From Bacteroidales bacterium (GTDB taxonomy: Bacteria > Bacteroidota > Bacteroidia > Bacteroidales > GCA-2748055), in NCBI GenBank assembly GCA_040768485.1, contig JAXGMU010000010.1, positions 1,477 to 65,476 of the forward strand: DNA of 64,000 nt, given 5' to 3'. The stretch's first letter is position 1. Every line of letters starts with the position of its first letter. The translations under genes and the position numbers were made by a program. Of this stretch, positions 7,844 through 17,425 are shown piece after piece. The notes under the pieces were generated by a model, which did not search any database, was not told the DNA's origin, and saw nothing but the letters and a program-made list of their open reading frames with translations.

Positions 7844-9016
7844 ATGAGAAAAGACAGAAAAGTTCCAGAAGCGGTTATGCTGGGATTGATGGTAACGCTA
7901 TTGTACCTGCCGTCCTGCACGAAAAAAAGTTATCTGGAATATGACAACGGCCTGGAGGTTCTTCACCTGGCGGGCAGCCCGGTCGAAAGGGGCCAGGCGC
8001 ATGGTGCGCTGCTCAGGGAGGAGATCGGCAATTCTGTAGACCGGTGGAAAACCGAGGTGGAACAGGTTTTTCAGTGTGATCTGGATACAGCGATCGGAGA
8101 ATTTTTTACGGCGACCACATATCTGGCATGCATCGGGGAATCCGATCCCGGACTGCTGCAGGAAGTGCATGGAATGTCCGTTGCCTCAGGAGTAGATTAT
8201 AACAGGCTTCTGGCCTTTCAGATGAGCGAAGAAATGTTCGCAGTGCTCGGGGGGGAAGGCCCCGTCGCCTGTACGGCCATCGGTCAGAAGGGAACGGACA
8301 CTGCCTCCACCCTGCTGGCCCAGAATATGGATCCGGAGCTTTTTTTGCACGGCCATCCGATATTGATGCATGTGGTTCCCGATGACGGCGGTCCCGAAAG
8401 GTATATCTTCACCGTGCCGGGATTGCTGGGTCTGGCCGGAATGAACGACCGGGGGATCGGGGTGACATGCACCTCGATGTCCATGCTGAACCATGACTCC
8501 GGCGGTCTCCCCGTTGTATCCGTGGTGCGCAACATGCTCAGCGGAAGGAACCTGGACGAGGTGATCACATTCCTGACAGAGACATCATTCGCGATTCCGC
8601 AGTGCTACACGATCGGAGGTCCCGGTGAGGTGCGTTGCTTTGAATGCAGCGCGAACATGGTAACCGAATTTTATCCTTTCACAACCCGGGAAATTGTGCT
8701 TCATACCAACCATGCCATTACCAACAGGGATTTCAACCAGGGATTTGTGAAGTTGCTGGCCAGGTATGGAAAAACTGTTGATGATCCGTACTTCTGTCCC
8801 CGTTATTTCCTGGCTTACGATCTGATTGAAGAGGCCGGGAGGGTCCTGGATGTTGGGCGGATGAAGGAGATACTCAGGAGTCGGGAACCTGAGATGGAAC
8901 CCATCCTGAACCAGTATACCCTGGGGACCCTGGTCATGAAGCTTGATCACGATCCGGTGCTTTTTCTGGCGCTGGGGAATGAACCTGGTGCCGGATTCCA
9001 CAGGATCACATTTTAA
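7844..9016 (+). CDS. Peptidase C45 family (acyl-CoA:6-APA acyltransferase-like) Ntn hydrolase, lipoprotein
   Basis: Lipobox-like LLYLPSC. Pattern LAGSPVERGQAHGALLREEI, then GPVACTAIG (candidate self-processing/nucleophile Cys), then LLAQNMD, as in the C45 family. First ATG is 7844; the track ORF starts at TTG 7820. Confidence 0.75.
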   Translation: MRKDRKVPEAVMLGLMVTLLYLPSCTKKSYLEYDNGLEVLHLAGSPVERGQAHGALLREEIGNSVDRWKTEVEQVFQCDLDTAIGEFFTATTYLACIGESDPGLLQEVHGMSVASGVDYNRLLAFQMSEEMFAVLGGEGPVACTAIGQKGTDTASTLLAQNMDPELFLHGHPILMHVVPDDGGPERYIFTVPGLLGLAGMNDRGIGVTCTSMSMLNHDSGGLPVVSVVRNMLSGRNLDEVITFLTETSFAIPQCYTIGGPGEVRCFECSANMVTEFYPFTTREIVLHTNHAITNRDFNQGFVKLLARYGKTVDDPYFCPRYFLAYDLIEEAGRVLDVGRMKEILRSREPEMEPILNQYTLGTLVMKLDHDPVLFLALGNEPGAGFHRITF

Positions 9017-9043
9017 AAATCCCTCAATCATAAGCCTGCCATC

Positions 9044-11020
9044 ATGATAACAATAAACAGGATCAATCAATTCCCGATCATTGCATTCCTGGCCCTCGGG
9101 ACCATACTGTTTCATGCCTGTAAGGACAGGGAGATGAGACCTGGTGCATTACTTCTGGATGAGCAGGATCTTCGCAGTACATTTCCCTCGCTGGCTGTGG
9201 CATCAGAAGGACTCGATTCCAGAGTCGCGGAGATATGCAACGGAACGGATCATGTTCTTCCTGCCTTCCGCCTTCTGTATTCGGATGCGTTGCAGTATCC
9301 GGGATTCGCAGAACGACTCTGCAGGTCGCTTCTGAGGGATAGCCGTATGCCCGAAGCATTGATCCATCATACATTTGCTGTTCTGGGGGCACCGGCGGGA
9401 GGATGGGGACCACCACCTGCCGGGATCCCTGAGGGAGCGGCTGTATTGCCTGTCATGTCTCAGGTGGAAAGGTCCATGGAGGACCTTGACCGGGAACTTG
9501 GTTTCCATTTCTCCGGGGATGACATAAATGAGTGGAGAAAACTTCCTGTCAGTATTCGCGCAACGATCCTGGAAGCATTTACGGGAATGGTTGAGGCTGG
9601 GCATGTTCTGGCGCAATTTACAGCGCCCCTCCAGCACCTGATCCGTAAGGCCGGGTTTTCCGGCGAAGATTTTCCATGGGATGAGATTCTGAAACCCTGG
9701 AACCAGAAGCAGCTGGCTGAATTTGAAATGCTGGACCTGGTCGGGAAGGCTGATCTGAGGAAGTTGTCTTTCGCTTCCCGCATGATCGCCACGCATCTAA
9801 ACAAGTTTTCATTGATCGATACCGGGGAAGTGGGAGAGGATTTCAGGTCCTGTATAATCGAAACCAGCATGGGCAGGCTGGGGATATTCGGCAAAGGAAG
9901 GGACACCATCCGGGGTTCTTTTTATCTGTCGGTTGACCTGGGGGGAGATGATCTGTATATGGGCCCGGATGACAGGAATAAAGGATTGAAACAGACATGT
10001 GCACTGCTGGCGGATCTGGGAGGGGATGATACCTATGATTGCAGCAACGGACTCCTGGCACATGCCTCAATGGGTATTGGCATGCTCATGGATTTTTCCG
10101 GCCATGATACATACATGTCCGGAAGGAAGGGAATGGTATCTGCCTGTTACGGAACAGCCTTGCTGTACGATTTTGAGGGCGATGATCACTATATCAGTGA
10201 AGGCAGATACTCCCAGGGGGCTGCGCATGTTGGGGTGGCCATCCTGGTCGACCTTGCCGGTGATGACCGTTATTGTGCGGGCGATTATTCTCAGGGATAC
10301 GGCGGGACCCTGGGTTTGGGGCTTTTACTTGATGCAGCCGGGTGTGACCTGTACAACGTTCCGAAGGAGTGTGTGTCCTCTGATCATGAAGCATCTTTTA
10401 TTCAGGGTGCCGCCCGCGGAAGGTGGGCGGAGGCAACGGACGGGCACAGTCAGGGGGGAGGGATCGGGATCCTGATTGACGGTGGGGGATCAGATGAATA
10501 CCATGCGGGAAGTTTTTCGCAGGGAGCCGGGTATTTTATGGGAGGAGGAATCTTTTTCGACCTGCAGGGAGATGATACCTACCGGGCAACCTCCCACAGC
10601 CAGGGGTATGCGGCACACTACGCGCTGGGCATTTGTATTGATCAATCCGGGCACGACCGGTACAACACAGACACGGATCCACTTAAGATCACACAGATCA
10701 TGGGTGGTGGCCGTGATCTTTCTTTTGGCTGTTTTGTAGATGGAGCGGGAGATGATCATTACCATTTCGGTAACAGGAGTGCCGGGATCGGGGACCTGAA
10801 CGGGATCGGTTTATTCTGGGACCGGGATGGAAACGACAGCTACACCTGGCACAAAAACCATTTGAATCAGGGCAGTGCTTCCATGGGGCAGACCTTGGAC
10901 CTGGCACCGGGCATGGAAAGCGGAATGCGTCTATTCTATGCTCCAGGAGGCGACAAGCTTGGGGTGTTCCGGGATGATCACGGAATGAGATTATCCACTG
11001 AAACATATCATATAAAATGA
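9044..11020 (+). CDS. Lipoprotein with 11 copies of a 26-27-residue D-x-x-G-x-D-x-Y repeat (predicted beta-solenoid); function unknown
   Basis: Signal with Cys (ILFHAC). C-terminal half contains DLGGDDLY, DLGGDDTY, DFSGHDTY, DFEGDDHY, DLAGDDRY, DAAGCDLY, DGGGSDEY, DLQGDDTY, DQSGHDRY, DGAGDDHY and DRDGNDSY at regular spacing, often followed by SQG. Its stop overlaps the next gene start by 4 nt. Confidence 0.8.
   Translation: MITINRINQFPIIAFLALGTILFHACKDREMRPGALLLDEQDLRSTFPSLAVASEGLDSRVAEICNGTDHVLPAFRLLYSDALQYPGFAERLCRSLLRDSRMPEALIHHTFAVLGAPAGGWGPPPAGIPEGAAVLPVMSQVERSMEDLDRELGFHFSGDDINEWRKLPVSIRATILEAFTGMVEAGHVLAQFTAPLQHLIRKAGFSGEDFPWDEILKPWNQKQLAEFEMLDLVGKADLRKLSFASRMIATHLNKFSLIDTGEVGEDFRSCIIETSMGRLGIFGKGRDTIRGSFYLSVDLGGDDLYMGPDDRNKGLKQTCALLADLGGDDTYDCSNGLLAHASMGIGMLMDFSGHDTYMSGRKGMVSACYGTALLYDFEGDDHYISEGRYSQGAAHVGVAILVDLAGDDRYCAGDYSQGYGGTLGLGLLLDAAGCDLYNVPKECVSSDHEASFIQGAARGRWAEATDGHSQGGGIGILIDGGGSDEYHAGSFSQGAGYFMGGGIFFDLQGDDTYRATSHSQGYAAHYALGICIDQSGHDRYNTDTDPLKITQIMGGGRDLSFGCFVDGAGDDHYHFGNRSAGIGDLNGIGLFWDRDGNDSYTWHKNHLNQGSASMGQTLDLAPGMESGMRLFYAPGGDKLGVFRDDHGMRLSTETYHIK
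9935..10843 (+). repeat. Coding tandem array of the 26-27-aa D-x-x-G-x-D-x-Y units
   Basis: I counted 11 units directly in the translation. Spacing is 26-27 residues, except for two longer inserts of 49 and 33 residues. Confidence 0.75.
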
Positions 11021-12108
11021 TTCGCCTGTCAATCATTCTTATCATATGCCTTTTTACGATGAGGAATGCATCTGCCTGCAGTGCATTTTGCCTTCAATCT
11101 GATCATCATGCGGTACTCGCCAAGAATCTTGACTGGCCGGTGGATGACGGCCTGATCCTGATGAATTGCCCCGGGATTACCAAGAGTGCTTTTGGCACAT
11201 CCGCAAAAAGGCTTACCTGGGTATCGCGCTATTATAGTATCACTTTCAACCAGTTCGGAAAAGAATTCCCCCTGGGTGGGATGAATGAAGCGGGTCTGGT
11301 GGTGGAGGAACTGAACATGCCGGCATATGATGCGGTAGTAGATTCATGCCGTTACGGGTTGAATGAATTCCAACTGGTACAGTACCTGCTTGACAATTGT
11401 GCCACGCTGGAAGAGGTTTCCGGGTATCTGGAGAAGATCCTGGTAACCCCTGCGCTGGTTTCGCTTCATTACCTGGTCATGGAGCGCAGCGGGGGGAGTC
11501 TGATACTGGAACCGGACCAGAATGGGATCACAGTTATTTCAACCGATCTGACTCCGCCTGTGTTGAGCAACAACCCGTATATGGAGTCCCTGAAATACCT
11601 CTCAAAATTCAGGGGATTTGGAGGAGACCTTCCGGTGGTGCACCGGGAAGGGTCCAACGAGCGCTTTGTCTCCATGGCCGGTATGCTGAACCGATCTTTC
11701 GATGGCAATCCGGTCTCCACTGCCTTTGCCATGCTGGATACTGTTTCACAGATGGATACTCGCTGGAGCATTGTTTACGATGTCAGTAACCTGACCGTAT
11801 CACTGAAATTTCATAACTGCCGGCATGTTCGCACATTCCACCTGGAGGAGCTGATGGACCAGGTGCAATCTACAGATACATCTCCAGTGAGCGGACAATC
11901 GCCGGGAACAGAGGTCTCTGATTGCAGGGAAGATAGCAAGAATACTTTCAGATTGATTTCGTCCTGCGAAAATGCAGCCCTCATCAGGACCGTATTTGAT
12001 CTATTGCATGAAGATCTCAACCTGGCAGGGAGACCAGACCTGGTGGAGAACTGGATCATATACAGCCAGCGATATATGGATTTGGGAAAAACGAAGAAAT
12101 CTGAATGA
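11017..12108 (+). CDS. Choloylglycine hydrolase / penicillin V acylase family (peptidase C59) Ntn hydrolase, exported
   Basis: Signal peptide ends NASA, immediately followed by CSAFCL...LAKNLDW. This is the family hallmark of an N-terminal nucleophile Cys plus an NxDW block. ATGA overlap with the upstream gene. Confidence 0.85.
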   Translation: MIRLSIILIICLFTMRNASACSAFCLQSDHHAVLAKNLDWPVDDGLILMNCPGITKSAFGTSAKRLTWVSRYYSITFNQFGKEFPLGGMNEAGLVVEELNMPAYDAVVDSCRYGLNEFQLVQYLLDNCATLEEVSGYLEKILVTPALVSLHYLVMERSGGSLILEPDQNGITVISTDLTPPVLSNNPYMESLKYLSKFRGFGGDLPVVHREGSNERFVSMAGMLNRSFDGNPVSTAFAMLDTVSQMDTRWSIVYDVSNLTVSLKFHNCRHVRTFHLEELMDQVQSTDTSPVSGQSPGTEVSDCREDSKNTFRLISSCENAALIRTVFDLLHEDLNLAGRPDLVENWIIYSQRYMDLGKTKKSE

Positions 12109-12139
12109 TCGTGCTATCTTTGGGGACAAAAGAGGTTTA

Positions 12140-15094
12140 ATGCGTTCCCGAAGGTTCTTCCTGTTTATTCTGTTCATACTTCCTGCTCTTTCTGCACAGA
12201 CACAACTCCTTGTCAACGAGGTCATGGCTTCCAATGCCGGATTTTACATGGAGGAAGATTTCTACAATTTTCCCGACTGGGTGGAGATCCGCAATGCCGG
12301 GTCCTCCTCTGTGAACCTGGAAAATTATTTCCTCTCGGACGATCCTGCGGGACTGGAAAAATGGAGAATGCCTGAGCGCTCCCTGGAGCCGGGGGGCTTT
12401 TTCGTGGTTTACTGCGACGGCGCGGGAGAGGGGGATCATGCCGATTTCGGGCTGAACACCGAAGGCGAGGCTGTGTATATTTTCGATGAAGCGGGAGCGG
12501 TGATCGATATGATGGTCTTCGGTCAGCAGTACCCGGATATCTCTTACGGACGCGACCCTGCCGATGCGGATCAATTGCTTTTCTGCGCCACACCCACCCC
12601 CGGAAGCGCCAACGCGGTGTCCGCGGCCACAAAGCCGGGTCCGGATGCGTCCTATTCCCTGCCCGCCGGAAGACTGGATGCAACCGCATCGCTGACCCTG
12701 GGGGGCGGACCCCTGAGGTATACCACGGACAACAGCGCACCCGACCGGTCCGCACCCCTCTACACAACTCCCATTTCCCTGAACAGGACCGTTACTGTTA
12801 AAAGCAGGACCTACCTGGAGGGATTTCTCCCGGGTTACATGGATGCGAACACCTACTTCGTGAATGAACACCCCTTCACCCTCCCCGTGGTTTCTCTTTC
12901 CCTGGAACCTGACCACCTGTTTGATCCCATGATCGGGATCCATGTGCGGGGGATCAACGGCACCGAGGGGTATTGCGGAGACAGGGCAAACTGGTACCAG
13001 GACTGGGAAAGGCCTGCTTTTTTTGAGTATTTCGATGAGACCGGCCGAAGGCAGATCGCCCAGCAGATCGGTGTGAAGATGGCCGGGGGCTGTACCCGGG
13101 GAAGGGACCAGAAAGCCATGGCGCTCCATGCCCGGGGAAAGTACGGGGACAACGATTTTGATTACCCGTTTTTTAAGGAAAAACCCGGTATCAACCGCTT
13201 CCCTTCCCTGTTGCTGCGTAATTCGGGGAACGACCAGGACCAGACCCTCCTCCGTGATGCATTCCTTCAGGCACTTGTGAAGCGGTCCATGGACATTGAT
13301 TTCCAGTCCCACCAGCCGGCGACCGTTTACCTGAACGGAACCTACATGGGGATCTACAACCTGCGGGAAAAAACCAACGAGGATTACGTGGTGACCAACT
13401 ACTTCATTGAGGAAGGTGATTTTGACATGCTGGAGAGGGACCGGGAGGTGATCGAGGGGACGGCTGCCGAATACACCGACCTGGTCAATTTCCTCAACAC
13501 CCACGAGCTGGCCCAGGAAGCCCATTACCAGCTGGTGGCCTCCCGGATCGACCTGCAGGAGTACATCAACTGGATGACGGTCAACATCTACATTGCGAAC
13601 AGGGATTGGCCCGGGAACAATCATAAATTCTGGAAAGCAAGGGAGGACGGGAGATGGCGCTGGCTGATGTTCGACCTGGATTACGGATTCGGTTTCCGGA
13701 TGGATGAAGACGGTTTTACACATGATTCGTTCGGGTTCGCCACGGAACCCGGCGGACCCGACCACCCGAATCCCCCCTGGTCCACCCTCCTTTTCAGGAA
13801 ATTGCTGCAGAACGGGGGATTTACGAAAAAATTCCTGAGTACTTACCTCACCCATGTATACAGCTCGTTCGAGCCGGCATGGTGCAACCATGTGCTGGAC
13901 AGCCTCTCCGCGATCATTGAAACGGAGATTGCCTATAACCAGGCCAGGTGGGGACGAACGGTCGGCCAGTGGGAGGATTATCTGCAGCAGTTGAGGGAAT
14001 ATGCCGTGAACAGGCACGGGTTCATGCCCGCCTATGTAAAAAACTATTTCAACCTGCAGTCTCAGGAGGTCTCCGTGGTGGTCACCAACCCGGATCCGAT
14101 TAAAGGAAAGGCGAAGGTGAATGAGGCCGTTATCCAGATGTATCCCCTGAACCTTCAGACCTACAGTGAACTGCCTCTTTCCGTTCAGGCTGTTCCGGGA
14201 CCGGGATTCCGGTTCAGCCACTGGAGGGACAATTCCGACGGATCGGTGTACAGCCAGTCACCGGCGATCCTCAGCGAATCCAGCCCGGATCTGAGCATCG
14301 AGCCGGTGTTCGAAGCCCTTGAAGAGACCGGAGGAATATTCATCAACGAAGTAGCCGATGCAAACTCCCTTTTCCTGGATGAGGACGGGAAGAGATCCGG
14401 GTTTATCGAACTGTATAATTCATCAGGCAGCGATGTGCTCCTGTATTCTTTTTACCTGTCCGACAACCGGCAGAACCTCACCCGCTATGCGGTTCCCGAC
14501 AGCACGCCACTCCCCGCAGGCGGATTCGTCACTTTTTATGCGGACGGGGACGCCCGCCAGGGACCGTTGCATACGGATTTTCAGCTGGACAGGGACGGGG
14601 AGCAGGTGTACCTTTCCCAGCAGGTGGGAAGAGAGATCGTGATCCTGGACTCGGTCCGGTTTGATTTCCTGGCGGATGACGCTTCTTACGGGCGTTATGA
14701 AGACGGTACGGGGACATGGCAGCACATGGCCGTTATCACCCCGGGAAGTCCCAATCAGCCGTTCGGTCTGGGGATCCCCGCACCTGTCCCCCGACGGGAA
14801 CCTGTTTTCCGCATCTGGCCGAATCCAACGACCGGGGATCTTTTTGTGGCGGCCGGTGATCTCATGACGGATGCCGGGGAACAGGATGGTTCGGAAGCGG
14901 ATGCGGCGCGGATCCGGGGAAGGTACATGGCCGACCTGGTGGACATCACCGGGCGGACCGCATATCCGCCCGTATGGCTGAACGGCCATACGAACCAGCT
15001 GAATATCGGGGCACTCGAGGGCGGACTCTACTTTGTCCGGATCTTCCGGGACGGTGTCCTGGTGCATACCGGGAGACTGGTCCTGGTGAAATAG
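12140..15094 (+). CDS. CotH kinase-like protein flanked by two lamin-tail domains, with a T9SS C-terminal sorting domain
   Basis: Signal peptide MRSRRFFLFILFILPALSAQ. LTD-like LLVNEVMASN...VEIRNAG and a second IFINEVADAN...IELYNSSG. CotH blocks LLLRNSGNDQ...YLNGTYMGIYNLREK and DWPGNNHKFW...WLMFDLDYGFG. C-terminal RIWPNPTTGDLFV...GLYFVRI...LVLVK. The track ORF start at 11972 overlaps the previous gene and is rejected. Confidence 0.85.
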   Translation: MRSRRFFLFILFILPALSAQTQLLVNEVMASNAGFYMEEDFYNFPDWVEIRNAGSSSVNLENYFLSDDPAGLEKWRMPERSLEPGGFFVVYCDGAGEGDHADFGLNTEGEAVYIFDEAGAVIDMMVFGQQYPDISYGRDPADADQLLFCATPTPGSANAVSAATKPGPDASYSLPAGRLDATASLTLGGGPLRYTTDNSAPDRSAPLYTTPISLNRTVTVKSRTYLEGFLPGYMDANTYFVNEHPFTLPVVSLSLEPDHLFDPMIGIHVRGINGTEGYCGDRANWYQDWERPAFFEYFDETGRRQIAQQIGVKMAGGCTRGRDQKAMALHARGKYGDNDFDYPFFKEKPGINRFPSLLLRNSGNDQDQTLLRDAFLQALVKRSMDIDFQSHQPATVYLNGTYMGIYNLREKTNEDYVVTNYFIEEGDFDMLERDREVIEGTAAEYTDLVNFLNTHELAQEAHYQLVASRIDLQEYINWMTVNIYIANRDWPGNNHKFWKAREDGRWRWLMFDLDYGFGFRMDEDGFTHDSFGFATEPGGPDHPNPPWSTLLFRKLLQNGGFTKKFLSTYLTHVYSSFEPAWCNHVLDSLSAIIETEIAYNQARWGRTVGQWEDYLQQLREYAVNRHGFMPAYVKNYFNLQSQEVSVVVTNPDPIKGKAKVNEAVIQMYPLNLQTYSELPLSVQAVPGPGFRFSHWRDNSDGSVYSQSPAILSESSPDLSIEPVFEALEETGGIFINEVADANSLFLDEDGKRSGFIELYNSSGSDVLLYSFYLSDNRQNLTRYAVPDSTPLPAGGFVTFYADGDARQGPLHTDFQLDRDGEQVYLSQQVGREIVILDSVRFDFLADDASYGRYEDGTGTWQHMAVITPGSPNQPFGLGIPAPVPRREPVFRIWPNPTTGDLFVAAGDLMTDAGEQDGSEADAARIRGRYMADLVDITGRTAYPPVWLNGHTNQLNIGALEGGLYFVRIFRDGVLVHTGRLVLVK

Positions 15095-15108
15095 CTTCCA
15101 GGCCTTGT

Positions 15109-16413
15109 CTAGTCGTCCAGGCACTGGAACACCAGCTGCCTGAATTTTCCCCTGCTGTCCTCCGAGATGCCCTGGGTTTGCTTGAAAATGATCCCGATGA
15201 TTTGTTCCGTGGGATCTGCAAAGTACTGGGTGTTGAAATACCCGCCCCAGTTGAACGTTCCCGCGGTTCCCATTCCCCCTACAGCCTGTCCCCCGGGGGT
15301 GAGGATCTCGAACGCCAGCCCGAAATCCCTCGTGGATTCACCCGGAAGGTCCCAAAGCTCCCCGATGTGGTTGGTCAGGACCAGGTCCACCGTGGTCCGG
15401 CTCAGGATCCGGATGCCGTTGTATTCCCCGCCGTTCAGGTACATCTGGAGGAAGGTGGCATAGTCCTTCGCCGTGCTCGAGAGCCCCGCTCCCCCCGAGA
15501 AGAATGACCTGGCCCCTTTGACAGGATAATCGGGATCGTAAAATGTGACCGGGTATCTTTCCCATTTGCCATCCACACGGTGCTGAACGGGGACCAGCCG
15601 TTCGGCTTTCGCTTTCGGGAGGTAGAACCAGGTATCGTGCATTCCCAGCGGATCGAAGATCCGGGTCCGCAAAAACTCGTCAAATGGCATCCCGGAGACC
15701 ACCTCGATGAAATACCCCATTACATCCAGCCCTTCGCTGTAGGTGCGGCCCTCGCCCGGGTGGTGATGAAGCGGGAGCTCCGCGAGTCTCTTCACGCTCT
15801 CCCCGATGGTGACAGGTTCGGTGGTGAACAGGTCCGTCACCCCGGCTTTCTGGTAAAGCATCTTCATGCGTTCATCTCCGTCGATCATGCCGTAACCAAG
15901 TCCGGAAGTGTGTGTGAGCAGGTGGCGGATGGTGATCTCCCGGTGAGCCGGTTCCCCGGTCCAGGTGGTGTCGCTGTAGCGGAAAGTCTTCAGGACCTGC
16001 GGATCCCTGAATTCGGGGATGAATTTGGAGATGGGATCGTCCAGCCGGAACAGGCCCTCTTCCCAGAGCATCATCACTGCCGTTGCGGTGATGGCCTTTG
16101 ACTGGGAAGCGATCCTGAAAATATCGTCCCGTTTCAGTTCCCTGCCCGCTTCATTGTCGGCCATCCCGTATGCATTCCAGAAAACGATCTTTCCGTTCCT
16201 GGCCACCAGGGCGACTACCCCCGGGATGCTTCCGGTTTCAACCGCCTCCCTGCACATATGATCGATGCGGGCAAGCCGTTCCTCCGACATTCCAACGGTT
16301 CCGGGCTTCGCCTCGGCGAGGACCGGGGATTTCTTCATGGATTTTGTCTGGGCCTCCAGGCCGGCAGTGCAGAACAGAACCGCGGCCAGTAGAATGAATG
16401 AATAACGCTTCAT
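15109..16413 (-). CDS. Serine hydrolase, beta-lactamase (class C/penicillin-binding protein-like) family, exported
   Basis: SxxK motif in FRIASQSKAITA, YSEG (YxN-like position) and HTSGLGYG blocks. Signal peptide MKRYSFILLAAVLFCTAGLEAQ begins at 16413. The longer track ORF to 16578 would overlap the divergent gene. Confidence 0.9.
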   Translation of the reverse strand: MKRYSFILLAAVLFCTAGLEAQTKSMKKSPVLAEAKPGTVGMSEERLARIDHMCREAVETGSIPGVVALVARNGKIVFWNAYGMADNEAGRELKRDDIFRIASQSKAITATAVMMLWEEGLFRLDDPISKFIPEFRDPQVLKTFRYSDTTWTGEPAHREITIRHLLTHTSGLGYGMIDGDERMKMLYQKAGVTDLFTTEPVTIGESVKRLAELPLHHHPGEGRTYSEGLDVMGYFIEVVSGMPFDEFLRTRIFDPLGMHDTWFYLPKAKAERLVPVQHRVDGKWERYPVTFYDPDYPVKGARSFFSGGAGLSSTAKDYATFLQMYLNGGEYNGIRILSRTTVDLVLTNHIGELWDLPGESTRDFGLAFEILTPGGQAVGGMGTAGTFNWGGYFNTQYFADPTEQIIGIIFKQTQGISEDSRGKFRQLVFQCLDD

Positions 16414-16498
16414 TGGTGTTAAATAATTAATCTGTAAATTTTGGGTTATCTGAAAAGTGTTTAAGATACGAAAGATAAAGTGAAACACCAGATAAACT

Positions 16499-17425
16499 AT
16501 GGCTGAAACAACCGGATATTTGAACCTGCACAGATCCGGAGAGCTGAAAAAAAGGGGGCAACAGCTTTGGAAGATCATGGAAAAGTGTGCACTCTGTCCC
16601 CGGATGTGCGGGACAAACAGACTGAGCGGTGAAAGGGGGAGGTGCGGAGCAAACGCACAGCTGGAGATATCCGCGCATCATCCGCATTTCGGTGAGGAAC
16701 GTCCGCTTGTAGGAGTCGGGGGTTCCGGCACCATCTTCTTTTCACATTGCAGCCTCAGGTGTGTATTCTGTCAGAACTGGGATATCAGTCACGGTGGGGC
16801 AGGTACGGAATGCTCCATTGAGGACCTGGCCAATATGATGTTAGAGTTAATGTATATGAATTGTGTTAACATTAACATCGTCACCCCCACCCATTATTCC
16901 CCGCATATTGTACTGGCCCTGGACCTGGCTGCTTCGAGAGGTTTGCGGCTCCCGCTGGTCTATAATACCTGCGGATGGGAACGGGTGGAAATACTGAAAA
17001 TACTGGACGGCGTTGTGGATATATATCTGCCCGATTTCAAATATTCGGATGGTGAAATGGCAGCAGCTTATTCCTCCGGTGCCCGCACCTATCCGGAGGT
17101 AACACAAAAGGCCCTGCTTGAAATGAACAGGCAGGTGGGGGTGGCAAAACCGGCGGCGGACGGACTGATGAAACGGGGACTGATGATCCGTCACCTGGTC
17201 ATGCCCAACCGGGTGAGCGGGACCAAACAGGTGATCGAATGGATCTCGGCCAACCTGCCCGGAGGTACCTTCCTGAACCTGATGTCCCAGTACAGGCCCA
17301 CGTACATGGCAGAGGCGTATCCGGAACTGTCCCGTTCCGTTAACCGCCGGGAATATGCGGAGGCCGTCAGACAGGCGGAAATGGCCGGACTAACGAACCT
17401 GGAAATACAGGGGCATTACGGGTGA
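16499..17425 (+). CDS. Radical SAM enzyme (PflX-like, pyruvate formate-lyase activase-related)
   Basis: CSLRCVFCQNW is the CxxxCxxC cluster motif. An extra N-terminal Cys cluster CALCPRMCGTNR...RGRCG is present. Size is about 300 aa. Confidence 0.9.
   Translation: MAETTGYLNLHRSGELKKRGQQLWKIMEKCALCPRMCGTNRLSGERGRCGANAQLEISAHHPHFGEERPLVGVGGSGTIFFSHCSLRCVFCQNWDISHGGAGTECSIEDLANMMLELMYMNCVNINIVTPTHYSPHIVLALDLAASRGLRLPLVYNTCGWERVEILKILDGVVDIYLPDFKYSDGEMAAAYSSGARTYPEVTQKALLEMNRQVGVAKPAADGLMKRGLMIRHLVMPNRVSGTKQVIEWISANLPGGTFLNLMSQYRPTYMAEAYPELSRSVNRREYAEAVRQAEMAGLTNLEIQGHYG

Noticed and set aside
11972-12139. N-terminal extension of the CotH ORF as given in the track (start 11972)
   Set aside because: It would overlap the C59 hydrolase gene by 137 nt and encodes no signal. 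ATG 12140 gives a textbook signal peptide 31 nt after the upstream stop.
12137-14221. 694-aa minus-strand ORF, the longest unannotated ORF in the track
   Set aside because: It is entirely antisense to the CotH/LTD gene, whose plus-strand translation has clear family blocks. The minus-strand product is Arg/Gly/Pro/His-rich with no motif. This is typical of stop-poor antisense frames in G+C-rich DNA.
16414-16578. N-terminal extension of the serine hydrolase ORF (track start 16578)
   Set aside because: It would overlap the divergent radical SAM gene start. Met56 (16413) begins a canonical signal peptide.
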